Shown here in pieces: positions 1 to 11,154 of a DNA stretch of 64,000 nucleotides. The stretch lies in the NCBI GenBank assembly GCA_965219095.1, contig CBDCMT010000001.1, forward strand, positions 1,248,001 through 1,312,000. Reading direction: 5' to 3'. The translations under genes were made by a program, and so were the position numbers. The stretch is from Bdellovibrionales bacterium (GTDB lineage Bacteria > Bdellovibrionota > Bdellovibrionia > Bdellovibrionales > UBA1609). Positions within the stretch are counted from its first letter, which is position 1, and the number at the start of each line of letters is the position of its first letter. The notes under the pieces are model-generated. The model was not told the origin of the DNA. It did no database searches and saw nothing but the letters and a program-made list of their open reading frames with translations.

Positions 1-56
1 AATTAATTCTATTAAGTTTTTTTCCTAAGGTCAAGAGGGCAAATTCTAGATTTTTT

Positions 57-100
57 GCCTCCTCAAAAGAATCTGTGGGTTCCCAGAGGTCTTTTGAGGA
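57..100. repeat. ISL3 right-end remnant folded into a hairpin
   Basis: GCCTCCTCAAAAGAATCTGTGGGTTCCC matches the ISL3 ends at 1871 and 60553. It is followed by TCTTTTGAGGA, which is complementary to TCCTCAAAAGA. Confidence 0.75.
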
Positions 101-271
101 AGTATATTCTATCGTTGTGCTAATCCTAAGTACCAAGAGAAAAGAAAGACTACGAATGAAAAAATCCTCATGGAGCAAATAATAGAAAGTTTAAATCTTT
201 CTCAAACTTCATTCCTTAAGAAATCAATCAATTTTTAAAAAACATTGAAAAGAACTTACCCGAGATAATTC

Positions 272-820
272 TCAATCAGATAAAAAAAGTAAAAGAGCTA
301 TTGGGGGAACAAAAAAAGCTAAAATGGGAAAGGTAAAGCTAGGATCAATGTTGTTCCTCCACCAATGAAGAACTGAGCCTAAACGTCTTAACTCCATTTT
401 AAAAGAGTGACGTTGATTTTTGCACTTTTGCTTCTTAAAAAGCCATTCAATCCAATGATCTATACTGATGTGATGTAAGTTTGACATTCTAACTTTTGCT
501 AAAGGACTGTTAAGTAAGAATTTTTGGCATATGTTTTGAATTTTCTTTTGACTGCTAGCTCTTAAAGAAACAACATACTCTTTAAGATATCTTTTTACAC
601 AATCTTCAAAGAAAATCTCCTCTCTTTCTTGTGGAAGAAAGTTAGTTCCATGAAAAAATCGTTGCTTTTGTTTTTCTTCCCATAGAATAGCTTCCGTCTT
701 TGTTGGAAAAGACTTGGATTTGACACGAACTCCTCTAACATACACTTGAGCATAATAGACAGTTTTATTTTTTCCTTTTCTTTTTGTTATCGACATGATT
801 TCTCCTTTTGTTGAAGCCAT
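272..820 (-). pseudogene. Tyrosine integrase, N-terminal half only (arm-binding and SAM-like domains); catalytic domain missing
   Basis: YYAQVYVRG..KSKSFPTKTEAILWE arm-binding-like motif followed by a helical domain. No R-H-R-Y catalytic region; the last ~20 aa look like read-through into unrelated DNA. Likely start at 796. Confidence 0.7.
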
Positions 821-1044
821 TTCTCTAACTTATCATTCGGGAAATAGACGTTTCGGCCTATTTTCAAGAAAGGGATTTTTCTCATAGACATCCAATTACG
901 GATGGTCTTAGGAGAAATTTCCAAAAACTCCGAAAGCTCTCTAAGGTTTATTAAATTGTCAAAGAACAGGCCCTTTTTTTGAGGGCGAATAGTGTTCTCT
1001 AAGCTACTATTTTTTTTGATTGGTTTCAATTCTTTTTTATTCAT
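787..1044 (-). CDS. Excisionase-like helix-turn-helix DNA-binding protein
   Basis: LINLRELSEFLEISPKTIRNW..IPFLKIGRNVYF...LEKWL is an HTH_17/Xis pattern. It overlaps the integrase start and has an RBS (AAAGGAGA) before the ATG at 1044. Confidence 0.85.
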   Translation of the reverse strand: MNKKELKPIKKNSSLENTIRPQKKGLFFDNLINLRELSEFLEISPKTIRNWMSMRKIPFLKIGRNVYFPNDKLEKWLQQKEKSCR

Positions 1045-1112
1045 TTTTATTTCTCCTTTCAAAATATAACTAGAGAGCTTAAAAAGCTCCCTCATTTGGT
1101 TATTCTAAGCCT

Positions 1113-1316
1113 TTAAAAAGGCTCTTTTTTTGGTACTCTTTCTATAACCACAAGCTCCCCTGAGACAGGCAAGCCTGTAAGTTTCAAAGAAAAGCCCTTT
1201 TTGTTCTTCAAACCGAAGGCTACACCTATTCTTTGGTAGTCCACTTCTTCGTTTCCCTGAGAGTCTTTATAAGCTCTGGCTGAGAGTGCGTCATAAATTG
1301 TAGTTTTTAGTTTCAT
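1113..1316 (-). CDS. Small phage/ICE-type protein (RIGVAF..KGFSLKL..LP motif)
   Basis: AAAGGAG RBS before the ATG at 1316. The longer track ORF extends into a GT-rich low-complexity tract. Confidence 0.6.
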   Translation of the reverse strand: MKLKTTIYDALSARAYKDSQGNEEVDYQRIGVAFGLKNKKGFSLKLTGLPVSGELVVIERVPKKEPF

Positions 1317-1559
1317 TTCTACTCCTTTCCTTTCCTTTTCCACCAACCAACCTACTACCCAACCCAACCACTCACACCACACATCACACACCACATCTAC
1401 CAGAGAGATTAGAAAGTGAACCTAAGCCTGTTTTTATGGCACTTCCTTGAAGAATTTGGCTTTGAGCTTTTAGGCTTGCAAGGTCTTGAAATTCTCCTTC
1501 TATCTTCATAAGAAGCTTTAAATTCTTTTTTTGTTTTTTGTACTGTTTAAATTTCATGT

Positions 1560-1808
1560 CTATATGATCTTGATTTGAAGGTGTTTTTCGTTTTTGAATT
1601 TAAAAACATGTTCATCAGTGATAAAAGAGATGGATTTTTGAACAAAGTCTTTTGGTTTTACTTTCTTATCGTAAGGGCTTTGATTAGCTTTTTTTAAAAG
1701 ATCTTTTGTTTCTAAAAAAGTATGCTTTTCAAAAATAAGACGTGCTACTTTCTTCTTAACTTTTATGCCTTTTCTTTTTATGTCTTTATATAATTTATTT
1801 CTTTTCAT
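1560..1808 (-). CDS. Hypothetical basic protein of the integrative-element remnant; 5' context disrupted by ISL3
   Basis: Track ORF 1560..1880 starts inside the ISL3 end; an internal ATG lies at 1808. No recognisable motif. Confidence 0.3.
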   Translation of the reverse strand: MKRNKLYKDIKRKGIKVKKKVARLIFEKHTFLETKDLLKKANQSPYDKKVKPKDFVQKSISFITDEHVFKFKNEKHLQIKII

Positions 1809-1870
1809 AAATAAACCTTTCTTTTTTATTCTTTTAATTTCTAACTTAAGTGATAGTTTTTTATTTTTTT

Positions 1871-2422
1871 GCCTCCTCAAAAGAATCTGTGGGTTCCCGG
1901 AGGTTCTGGCAGTTTTCCAATGTTATGATATAAGGCGATTTTTATAGCTTTAGAGGTTCTAAAGCCGTAAGATTTTCTCATAGTGAGTTTTACTTTGTTG
2001 TTTAAACCCTCTACAATCCCTGAGGAGAAGGTTTTTTTAGCCTTGAAGTAATTAAGAATAAGTAGCTTATGTCTTCGTATGGTTTTTGCTTTTCTTTTCA
2101 TAGGTTCAATTTTTGAAAGCATGACTCGTCTCGTCCAACTGTCTATAAATTTACCAGCCCAAGTTGGTGGAACATAGGTCCATAACTGTCGGAAGTCTTC
2201 TTTTAAAAAATAACAGCGGATACTTTTTAAATTGTACTGTATTAAATGCCTTAATTTTACTTTTTCATAAGATTTTAAATTTTCTGCATTTTTTAACAAG
2301 GGCCATCTAGCTTTTGTTAAAAGGGGTTCATACCCGTCTTCTTTCATTTTTGTGTGTTCTGATATGTGGAAGCCCTATTTAAAAGTAATAAAGGAAAGGG
2401 CAAGTCAAGCTTTGAATATATT
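1871..2422 (-). mobile_element. ISL3 3' fragment (tnp C-terminus 1877..2347) joined to an inverted divergent ISL3 piece (~2350..2422)
   Basis: Near-identical to 60553..61040, including the VEGLNNKVKLTMRKSYGFR motif. 2350..2422 reads VCSDMWKPYLKVIKERASQALNIL on the + strand. Confidence 0.9.
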
Positions 2423-2727
2423 GTAACTCGGTTATATGACCGCCCTATCCAAGATTAAATTTTTCTTATAAGTTTTTTTTAAGAGGAGGGATTTTATGGA
2501 AGAAGGGATTAATTTAAAAAAGAAGATACAGCTTTGTCGAGAGGAGAATTCCAACAAGAAGCTTATCCGCTACCCAGAAGCTCTTAAGAGAGAGATTCTA
2601 GATTTTTTGAAAGAGGAAAAGGTTTCTAAATTTTGTAAAGAGACAAAGGTCACCTCTTCCACGATCAATAACTGGAAGAAGTCTTATGTTTCAACAGTAT
2701 CCCCTAAGAAGTCTCTTTTTAAGGCTG
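2423..2727 (+). mobile_element. IS66 left end with tnpA-like HTH ORF (from 2496), truncated by IS3
   Basis: GTAACTCG terminus. RYPEALKREIL...SKFCKETKVTSSTINNWKK is an HTH of TnpA type. Confidence 0.7.
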
Positions 2728-3468
2728 TGATCTTCCCCCAAAAAAGTGGACAGTTTTTATGTTCTTAAAGCCCTCCTTTGTTTAAATTCTTTTGGGCTCA
2801 TGTATTTCAAGGAAGAATGCATTCTTACCTTGTTATACCAATCCATGTAAATTGCAATTTTTTTCTCCAACTCTTCCTTCGTTGTACAGTCTTTGTATTC
2901 CAGTTCATCCTTCAACGTATGGAAAAAGCTCTCCACAAACGCATTATCATAACAATTTCCTTTCCTAGACATAGATTGCTTGAGGCCAAAGAATTTCAAT
3001 TCTTTTCTAAACCCTTCACAACAATATTGAACCCCTTGATCCGAGTGGATTATCAAGCCCTCTAAGTTCCCAGAAACAGATTGGACTGCGGCTCTCAGAG
3101 CCTGTTTTGAATGAACCCCGTCCAAGCTCTCACAGAGCTTCCAAGACTTAATCTCTCGATTATAGACATCTAAAAATACAACCAAATACAGAAATTTATC
3201 TCTAAAAGGAATATAGGTTAAATCCGAACACCATACCTGGTTTTCTTTTCCTGCTTGGCTCTGTCCTGTCTTAAACAACCGAGGAGACTTAATCATGAGA
3301 GGGTTATTCTTTGTTGTTCTAGGAACATAGGGTTTTTTCTGACGGGCACTGAGATTCTTTAGTTTCATAATTCGAGCTACTTTGTTTTCTCCAGCACTCA
3401 CTCCGCAACGCTTTAATTCCCTATACACCCTGGGGGAACCATAACAGCCTTTATTTTTTTTAAAAATA
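2728..3468 (-). mobile_element. IS3-family element, 3' part (orfB fragment), truncated by IS66
   Basis: Essentially identical to 18743..19483. DDE motifs WCSDLTY, HSDQG, DNAFVESFF. Confidence 0.95.
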
Positions 3469-4988
3469 GTAACTGCTCACTTTCGTAAGTTTTTATTTAA
3501 AGCCATAGAGATGGCTTCTAAAGAAGAATACCCTCTATTTCTCATTGTTTTAACATAACTGGTAATGCGACAAAAATATTTCGCCATTTCTTCTGTTCTG
3601 AAACACCCTGACACTTTCTTTTTCACCTTAGTCATTCTTAGATCTCTTTCAGCTCTGTTATTAGTAGGATCTACGTTCTTTCTTTTAGCAAAGCACAGTA
3701 TTTCTGCTTCATACTTTTTAAATCGCATCCAAAGGTTCTGAGCTTGTGTATGCTTTATTCGTCCTTTCTTGCCATTTTTCTTAGGAAATTCTGGAAGCTC
3801 TTTTAAGCCTTTTGTAAGAATACTCCTATACCTTCTCTGAAGAGTTTCGTACTCTTTTTGAGTCAGAACTCTTGACTCTTTTTTATGAACTAACTCCACA
3901 GTCTCTTTAAGAAGTTTTTTGAGATTTGTAGCCCATTTGAATCCATTGCTTTCTTCTATAAATTTAAGCTCTCTCAAAAGGTGAGCCACACACAAAGCAT
4001 GAGTTATCTTATCATAACAAAAGTAAGGACTCCAACAATCATGCACAAGCACTCCTGCATATCTATCCAAGAGACCAATATCTTTTATGGCTTCCCTTCC
4101 ACCTGAAAGGTGGAGAAACTGCAAGACTAATTCTCCTGAACTATAAGTATGAATCCAGTAGTTTTTACCCTTAACCCTCATAGAGGTCTCATCAACATGA
4201 ATGACCTCTGATTCAAGTATCTTTTCTTTCATCTGCTCTTCCCAACTTTTAAGAAACTCTCCTAATTCAGCAATGTATCTCAACATAACTGCAGGAGAAA
4301 TCATTCGACCTATAAGCCCCATGTAATGTTCCCCAACACGCTCTAAAAGACAGCATCTGAACTATAATGAAATTGATGATGGAAGCTCTAATGCCTATAC
4401 CATACTGAAGAGGACCACTCATACCTTTAGGGAATTGACCTTTATTTCTAGCTCCACATGAGGGACAATCCTTAACTTCAGAAGTTACAGTATGGGTCTG
4501 AATTTCATAAAAAATATCAATCTTTTTACGCTTCTCAAGGCTTTTTACCTCTGCTGTCTTTAAACACATCCCACACTGAGAACACTCTGAGGGAGAGACA
4601 GTCTCCTCACTGTTTTGTATCTTTACTGTTATCAAGTCTAGAGCCCCTTTTTCTGACTCCCACTAGCTTTCTTATTACGATTCCCTTGACGACTAAAATC
4701 TTGCGAAGGAGGAAGACCGCTGTTGCTGGAATTTTTTCGAACCTGTTTTTCTAAAAGCACAACAATCAGAATGTTCACAACCTTAAAGAGAGATTCAACA
4801 ATCACAGAAATCTCAGTAGGCACAGAACCTTTCTTTGCAAACTTATCAAAGTCACTTCTTATATTTTCAATCTCATTTCTGATTGTCATTTGAAAAGAGT
4901 ATTTAAAAGAAAATCTGTAAGAGCAAGACTTTTATCTTAAAACAGGTCTAAAGTTAGGGATAACTGAACAATGTAGGTGAGCAGTTAC
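3469..4988 (-). mobile_element. IS66-family element (single-ORF type), frameshifted transposase (4638..4889, 4267..4635, 3477..4322)
   Basis: GTAACTGCTCAC inverted repeats. Motifs NSSNSGLPPS, HVDETS, LVHD, CVAHLLREL, TNNRAERDLR. Flanks differ, so no TSD. Confidence 0.95.
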
Positions 4989-5011
4989 AAGTAATTAAGG
5001 ATAAGAGTTTT

Positions 5012-5566
5012 ATGTCTTCGTTCTGCAAAAATAAAAGAATAGAACGAAATAAAGTGTTTCAAAAGTTAGCAAAAAGAGGCAAAAGTAGTATGGGCTGGTT
5101 CTTCGGATTTAAACTCCATATTGTTATCAATCACCTCGGAGAACTTTTAAGTTTTACCTTAACTCAGGGAAATGTAGATGATCGAAAGCCTGTTATAGGT
5201 TTGTGTAAAGGGCTGGTGGGGAAACTCTTTGGAGACAAAGGTTATATTTCATCAGACCTTTTCAAAAAGCTTTTAAAAAAGGGAGTTAAGCTTATTACAA
5301 ACGTCAAATTAAATATGAAGAATAAATTGATTCCCTTATTTGACAAGTTGATGTTGAAAAAACGTTCTGTTGTGGAAACAGTGATTGGAGTGTTAAAAGG
5401 AGAGTTTCATCTTGAGCATTCTCGCCATCGTAGCCCACAAAACTTTGTCATCAATCTTTTAGGTACTCTCATCTCCTATTGTTTAAAACCTAAAAAACCC
5501 TCCATTCAACTTAAAACTCAAGAACAGGGGCCTCTGAGCAATATATAAAAGTCGAAACTCGGGTTA
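5012..5566 (+). mobile_element. IS982-family element, 3' half
   Basis: Motifs GKSSMGWFFGFKLH, GDKGYIS, KRSVVETV, EHSRHRS. Right end AAAGTCGAAACTCGGGTTA also occurs at 39248-39266. Confidence 0.9.
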
Positions 5567-5836
5567 GTATGGTCTTCAAAAGCATCTCTTCCCTCCTTTG
5601 TTTTTTTGAATAAACATTTTAAGGCATTTGGGAAGTAGGTGCTTCTTTTTTAAGATTTTAATGTAATACAGCAAAAATCAAATGAGATTGTTAAACTAAA
5701 ATCGCTAAAAGCGATTCGAGACAGGAGTCTCAAGCTCAACAATTAAAGACAGAATGTCTTACTCTACGTTGCTTTCCTGATGTCCATTTTAAGCCTTTTT
5801 TAGCTGGTTTTTACCCACAGATTCCCAGGAGGAGCC
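5565..5836 (-). mobile_element. ISL3 left end and 5' leader (divergent isoform), truncated after ~7 codons
   Basis: Homologous to 61786..62072 and 21510..21773. Ends ...CAGATTCCCAGGAGGAGCC. Confidence 0.85.
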
Positions 5837-7604
5837 TTTTTTACATGAATTTCGTCAAATACAATATAATCTAAACTACAATTCCATTCTTTCTTTTCTA
5901 TACTCAAACGATCTTCGGAGTGTAGTAATTCAAATAATCATGATGACGTGAAAGCATGCGAGATAGAGTTGTCTTTCCAGACTGACGAGGGCCGCTAATG
6001 ATTAAAATTTGTAACTGCTCACTCTCGTAAGTTTTTATTTAAAGCCATAGAGATGGCTTCTAAAGAAGAATACCCTCTATTTCTCATTGTTTTAACATAG
6101 CTGGTAATACGACAAAAATATTTCGCCATTTCTTCTGTTCTGAAACACCCTGACACTTTCTTTTTCACTTTAGTCATTCTTAGATCTCTTTCAGCTCTGT
6201 TATTAGTAGGATCTACGTTCTTTCTTTTAGCAAAACACAGTATTTCTGCTTCATACTTTTTAAATCGCAGCCAAAGGTTTTGAGCTTGTGTATGCTTTAT
6301 TCGTCCTTTCTTGCCATTTTTCTTAGGAAATTCTGGAAGCTCTTTTAAGCCTTTTGTAAGAATACTCCTATACCTTCTCTGAAGAGTTTCGTACTCTTTT
6401 TGAGTCAGAACTCTTGACTCTTTTTTATGAACTAACTCCACAGTCTCTTTAAGAAGTTTTTTGAGATTTATAGCCCATTTGAATCCATTGCTTTCTTCTA
6501 TAAATTTAAGCTCTCTCAAAAGGTGAGCCACACACAAAGCATGAGTTATCTTATCATAACAAAAGTAAGGACTCCAACAATCATGCACAAGCACTCCTCC
6601 ATATCTATCCAAGAGACCAATATCTTTTATGGCTTCCCTTCCACCTGAAAGGTGGAGAAACTGCAAGACTAATTCTCCTGAACTATAAGTATGAATCCAG
6701 TAGTTTTTACCCTTAACCCTCATAGAGGTCTCATCAACATGAATGACCTCTGATTCAAGTATCTTTTCTTTCATCTGCTCTTCCCAACTTTTAAGAAACT
6801 CTCCTAATTCAGCAATGTATCTCAACATAACTGCAGGAGAAATCATTCGACCTATAAGCCCCATGTAATGTTCCCCAACACGCTCTAAAAGACAGCATCT
6901 GAACTATAATGAAATTGATGATGGAAGCTCTAATGCCTATACCATACTGAAGAGGACCACTCATACCTTTAGGGAATTGACCTTTATTTCTAGCTCCACA
7001 TGAGGGACAATCCTTAACTTCAGAAGTTACAGTATGGGTTTGAATTTCATAAAAAATATCAATCTTTTTACGCTTCTCAAGGCTTTTTACCTCTGCTGTC
7101 TTTAAACACATCCCACACTGAGAACACTCTGAGGGAAAGACAGTCTCCTCGCTGTTTTGTATCTTTACTGTTATCAAGTCTAGAACCCTTTTTCTGACTC
7201 CCACTAGCTTTCTTATTACGATTCCCTTGACGACTAAAATCTTGCGAAGGAGGAAGACCGCTGTTGCTGGAATTTTTTCGAACCTGTTTTTCTAAAAACA
7301 CAACAATCAGAATGTTCACAACCTTAAAGAGAGATTCAAAAACCACAGAAATCTCAGTAGGCACAGAACCTTTCTTTGCAAGCTTATCAAAGTCACTTCT
7401 TATATTTTCAATCTCATTTCTGATGGAGGTCTTATTTATTGTCATTTGAAAAGAGTATTTAAAAGAAAATCTGTAAGAGCAAGACTTTTATCTTAAAACA
7501 GGTCTAAAGTTAAGGATAACTGAACAATGTAGGTGAGCAGTTACTAAAATTTTTTGTCTGAGATCTCTTTTCAAAAAAGGTTCTAAATAACGCTTCTCTC
7601 TCAC
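5837..7604 (-). pseudogene. AAA_14-type (AAA+/DUF4143-like) ATPase, split by IS66, frameshifted and truncated by ISL3
   Basis: Joining 7604..7545 to 6002..5837 gives VREKRYLEPFLKRDLRQKILIISGPRQSGKTTLSRML, then a frameshift, then LDYIVFDEIH. Walker A and Walker B are both present. Confidence 0.8.
6011..7544 (-). mobile_element. IS66-family element, full length, frameshifted; 8-bp TSD TAAAATTT
   Basis: Second copy of 3469..4988. TAAAATTT at 6003-6010 and 7545-7552. Confidence 0.95.
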
Positions 7605-7875
7605 TTTATGTTTATTATAATCGCTTTCTTAAAGAAAGGTTAGGCTGTTTAGGACTTTGTTCCTAAATAGTACGAACTTTTTTGGAGAAGGCTCCTAAAT
7701 GGTCTTCTGATGGGGTGAGTGATTGAGCAGCTTAGAAGTCACATGAACTTCTCCTTATGAGAGATCTGTGCTTTGCCTCTTAAGTTTCAGTTTGCTTCGA
7801 AATGTTTTTTCGAAAGAATTTAAACATAACTGGTTAGAGGAAAAATCTTTGAGTAGCTACAAAACTTTATTGCTC

Positions 7876-8769
7876 TCACAAAGCTACAACTTTTAGCCCC
7901 TCTTTTTCTTTTTTCTCAATAAAATCAGAAAGACAATGCCTATGGCATGAAGTATGTTCTTTTTCAACACAAGCTAGAGCTATCCTTTTTTTTTTATTTA
8001 AAAGCTCTCTAAGAACGTTAATACTTTCCTTTTCTGTTTTTAAAACAGTTGATCTATAAACTTTAAAAAGTCCCTTTAAATCTCCTATGGGCTTGTATTT
8101 TTTCCTCAGTTCAAGTTTTACACCTAAATTATTTAAAGCTCTGTACTCTATATTCAACTTCCCACAAAGTTCTTTTAGTCTACTTTTAGAAAATCCATAC
8201 TTTCTACTCACAGACGTTTTTCTTACATCACAGAGGACCTTCACACCATTTTGAAAAAGGAGATTCAAATAAGAATCAATACTTTTTCCTTCGTAACCTA
8301 TGGTGAAAAGAATCTTTTCATTGCTTAGCTTTGGATAAGACAACACTTCATTTCTTTCTTTTTTTAAGCGGGGGTTTTTTGATTTTTTACTATAAAAAGC
8401 ATAATAAGGATCTTTTAAGAAAACTGCCTTTAAAAGCTTGTCTCCTTTCTTGAATCGATATTTACTTTTTATAAACGAAAGGAATTTTAAATCTTTTGTT
8501 TTAAAACCTTTCTTGAGTTCTTTTAAATTTAGCCTTTTTTTTAAAATCCATTTTGTTTTTGTCTCAGTAAAAAGCTTAAGGTTTTTGAGCGTTTCCAAAT
8601 CTCTTTCAGCTTGAAAGGAGAAAGCTCTTTTCTGAAAAGAAACAAAATCATAAAAGGGTTTTGAAAGTTCTTTGGTCCACAAAAAAAGATAGCTCTGAAA
8701 ATCAAGTTTGTTGATTTCAGGGCCTAAGGTCTTAAAAAGTAGCAAAAGCCCTCTTTTTCTATAAAACAT
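7876..8769 (-). CDS. DUF488 family protein with N-terminal extension
   Basis: Motifs LFTIGYEG, LCDVRK..SRKYGFSK, LACVEK...CHR. Confidence 0.8.
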   Translation of the reverse strand: MFYRKRGLLLLFKTLGPEINKLDFQSYLFLWTKELSKPFYDFVSFQKRAFSFQAERDLETLKNLKLFTETKTKWILKKRLNLKELKKGFKTKDLKFLSFIKSKYRFKKGDKLLKAVFLKDPYYAFYSKKSKNPRLKKERNEVLSYPKLSNEKILFTIGYEGKSIDSYLNLLFQNGVKVLCDVRKTSVSRKYGFSKSRLKELCGKLNIEYRALNNLGVKLELRKKYKPIGDLKGLFKVYRSTVLKTEKESINVLRELLNKKKRIALACVEKEHTSCHRHCLSDFIEKKEKEGLKVVAL

Positions 8770-8869
8770 TTTTTTTCATAACCTAAAACTTTAGTTCATA
8801 TTTAGTTTATCTTTAGGCTCCTATAGGAATCAAACTTTTTTACAAAACGTTTTTTAAAAAAGTGTAGAC

Positions 8870-10354
8870 CTAATAATTTTTTAGAAGTTCAATAAAAGTA
8901 CGCACCATAACTCCTGTGGCTCCTGTTTTAGGAACGTAGGGAAGTCTATTGCTGGATTTATCAGAAGTTCCTGCAATATCAAAATGAGCCCAGGGAATTT
9001 CTTTTTTTACAAAGTGGCCTAAAAATCCAGCTGCTGTAGAACTTCCCATGCCCATACTTTTTTGTATGTTTTGTAAATCAGCATAAGAACCTTTCATTTC
9101 ATCGTAATGCACTTTTTCTAAAGGCATACGCCATACTTTCTCTCCTGAGCGTTCGGAGGCTTGTAAAATGCTTTTACTGAGTTTTTCATACTCTGTAAAA
9201 TAACCTGTATAAACATTACCTAAGGAAACCACAATAGCGCCTGTTAAAGTAGCGATATTGAAAATGGCGGCAGGTTTTTTTTCACTTGCATAAGAAAGAG
9301 CATCCATAAGAATAAGTCGCCCCTCGGCATCTGTATTTAACACTTCTACAGACATTCCATTTCTTGCAATTAAAACATCACTAGGACGTGTAGCTCTTTC
9401 TCCTACAACGTTTTCAGAAGAAGGAATAAGCCCTAAGACATTCACCTTTAATTTTAATTTTGCAATAGCTAGGAGAGTTGCTATGACTGTAGCTCCCCCA
9501 CACATATCATATTTCATATCGGCCATATGGCCTGGTGGTTTTAAAGAAAGGCCACCACTATCGAACGTAAGTCCTTTTCCTACAAAGCAGACAGGCTTTT
9601 TACTCCCTCTAGCTCCTTTGTATTCCATAATAATAAAACGAGGCTCTACACCACTTCCTAAAGACACTCCTTCAAGACCGCCCATTTTTTCTTTTTTGAT
9701 ACGAGCTTCATTCCAAACACTAACTTTTAATTGAGCTAAGTTTTTTGCTTTTTCTTGAGTTTTCCTAGCTAAAATGGGAGGGTTCATGTAATTAGGAGGA
9801 GTGTCAGAGAGAGTTTTTGCAAAATTAGTACACTCAGCTAAAATTACACCTTTTTCTAGGGCTTTTTTATTGGAGATCAAAACAGAGTTCATGAGAAAAT
9901 AAATTTCTTCAAGTGAAAAACTAGGTTTTTTGTCTTTCTTCAAGCCCTTATAGTTATAAGAGGTAAGAAGAATCCCTTCGGCTAAAGCTTGTAGGGTCTC
10001 TTTTTTTTGTCTGAACGAAAGAGTTTCTAAAAGAACTCCCGCTTTTTTTACTTTTTCAATTTGAAGCCTTTTAAGAATTATAGAACCTATTTGTCTTATT
10101 TTTTCTAAATGAAGTTCTTTTAAATCCCCTATGCCTATAAATAAAAAATGTTTATTTGAATGAGCATAAGGTACAAACAACATTTCCTTTTCTTCGCCTA
10201 AAAAACGTTTTTCTTTGATAGGCATTTCAAGCCATTCTGACATATGTTGAGGAAGACTTGATGTTTTGATTTTTTTCTCCTTGTCTTGCCAGCCCACAAA
10301 AGCTACCAACGTATCAAACTGAGAATATTTTATAGGCTTTAGTTGTATTTTCAT
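8870..10354 (-). CDS. pepA: Leucyl aminopeptidase (M17)
   Basis: Motifs VGKGLTFDSGG, MKYDMCG, NTDAEGRL, ATLTGA. Confidence 0.95.
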   Translation of the reverse strand: MKIQLKPIKYSQFDTLVAFVGWQDKEKKIKTSSLPQHMSEWLEMPIKEKRFLGEEKEMLFVPYAHSNKHFLFIGIGDLKELHLEKIRQIGSIILKRLQIEKVKKAGVLLETLSFRQKKETLQALAEGILLTSYNYKGLKKDKKPSFSLEEIYFLMNSVLISNKKALEKGVILAECTNFAKTLSDTPPNYMNPPILARKTQEKAKNLAQLKVSVWNEARIKKEKMGGLEGVSLGSGVEPRFIIMEYKGARGSKKPVCFVGKGLTFDSGGLSLKPPGHMADMKYDMCGGATVIATLLAIAKLKLKVNVLGLIPSSENVVGERATRPSDVLIARNGMSVEVLNTDAEGRLILMDALSYASEKKPAAIFNIATLTGAIVVSLGNVYTGYFTEYEKLSKSILQASERSGEKVWRMPLEKVHYDEMKGSYADLQNIQKSMGMGSSTAAGFLGHFVKKEIPWAHFDIAGTSDKSSNRLPYVPKTGATGVMVRTFIELLKNY

Positions 10355-10504
10355 AGTTTTTAACTCCTTCGTATTTAATATTTAACTAGACTTTTTGTTA
10401 GATTTCAAGATGATTTTTGTGAAAACCCTGACTCAAGTTTGACCTCGAAAAATCCGAAGAGCTTATGTCAAGGTCATTTTATACAATAAGGAGATCTTTC
10501 ATAT

Positions 10505-11128
10505 ATGAGTACACCAAACACACTTTTAAATTATCTTACGCCTGTTGTCATTGAGCAAACCCCTAGAGGAGAGCGCTCTTACGATATTTATTCAAGACTT
10601 CTCAAAGATCGAATCATTATACTAGGGACAGATGTTAATGATGCTGTGGCTAATGTGATTGTGGCTCAAATGTTTTTTTTAGAAATGGAGAACCCTGACA
10701 AAGACATTAATCTTTATATCAACACCTCTGGGGGAAGCATTAGTGCAGGACTTGCTATTTATGATATTATGCAATTTGTCAAATGCAATGTGAGTACAAC
10801 TTGTATTGGTATGGCCGCTAGTATGGGTTCTCTTCTGCTTTGCGGAGGAGCTAAGGGCAAACGTTATATCCTCCCCCATTCAAAAACCATGCTCCACCAG
10901 CCTCTGATTATGGGGGGGCTTTCTGGACCAGCTAGTGATATTGAAATCCATACTAAAGAGCTTTTAGAGACCAAACAAAGGTTGACTGAAATTTATGTGG
11001 AACATACAGGTAAAAAATTCAAAGATATGACAAAGATTATGGATAGAGACAGCTTTTTTAACGCAGAGCAGTCCGTGACACTTGGAATTGTTGATAAAAT
11101 TGTACAATCCCGTAAAAAGGTGAAATAA
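10505..11128 (+). CDS. clpP: ATP-dependent Clp protease proteolytic subunit
   Basis: Motifs [25 protein letters not shown]. Confidence 0.97.
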   Translation: MSTPNTLLNYLTPVVIEQTPRGERSYDIYSRLLKDRIIILGTDVNDAVANVIVAQMFFLEMENPDKDINLYINTSGGSISAGLAIYDIMQFVKCNVSTTCIGMAASMGSLLLCGGAKGKRYILPHSKTMLHQPLIMGGLSGPASDIEIHTKELLETKQRLTEIYVEHTGKKFKDMTKIMDRDSFFNAEQSVTLGIVDKIVQSRKKVK

Positions 11129-11154
11129 AGGGAATAAGAAAAGAAAGGTGTTTT

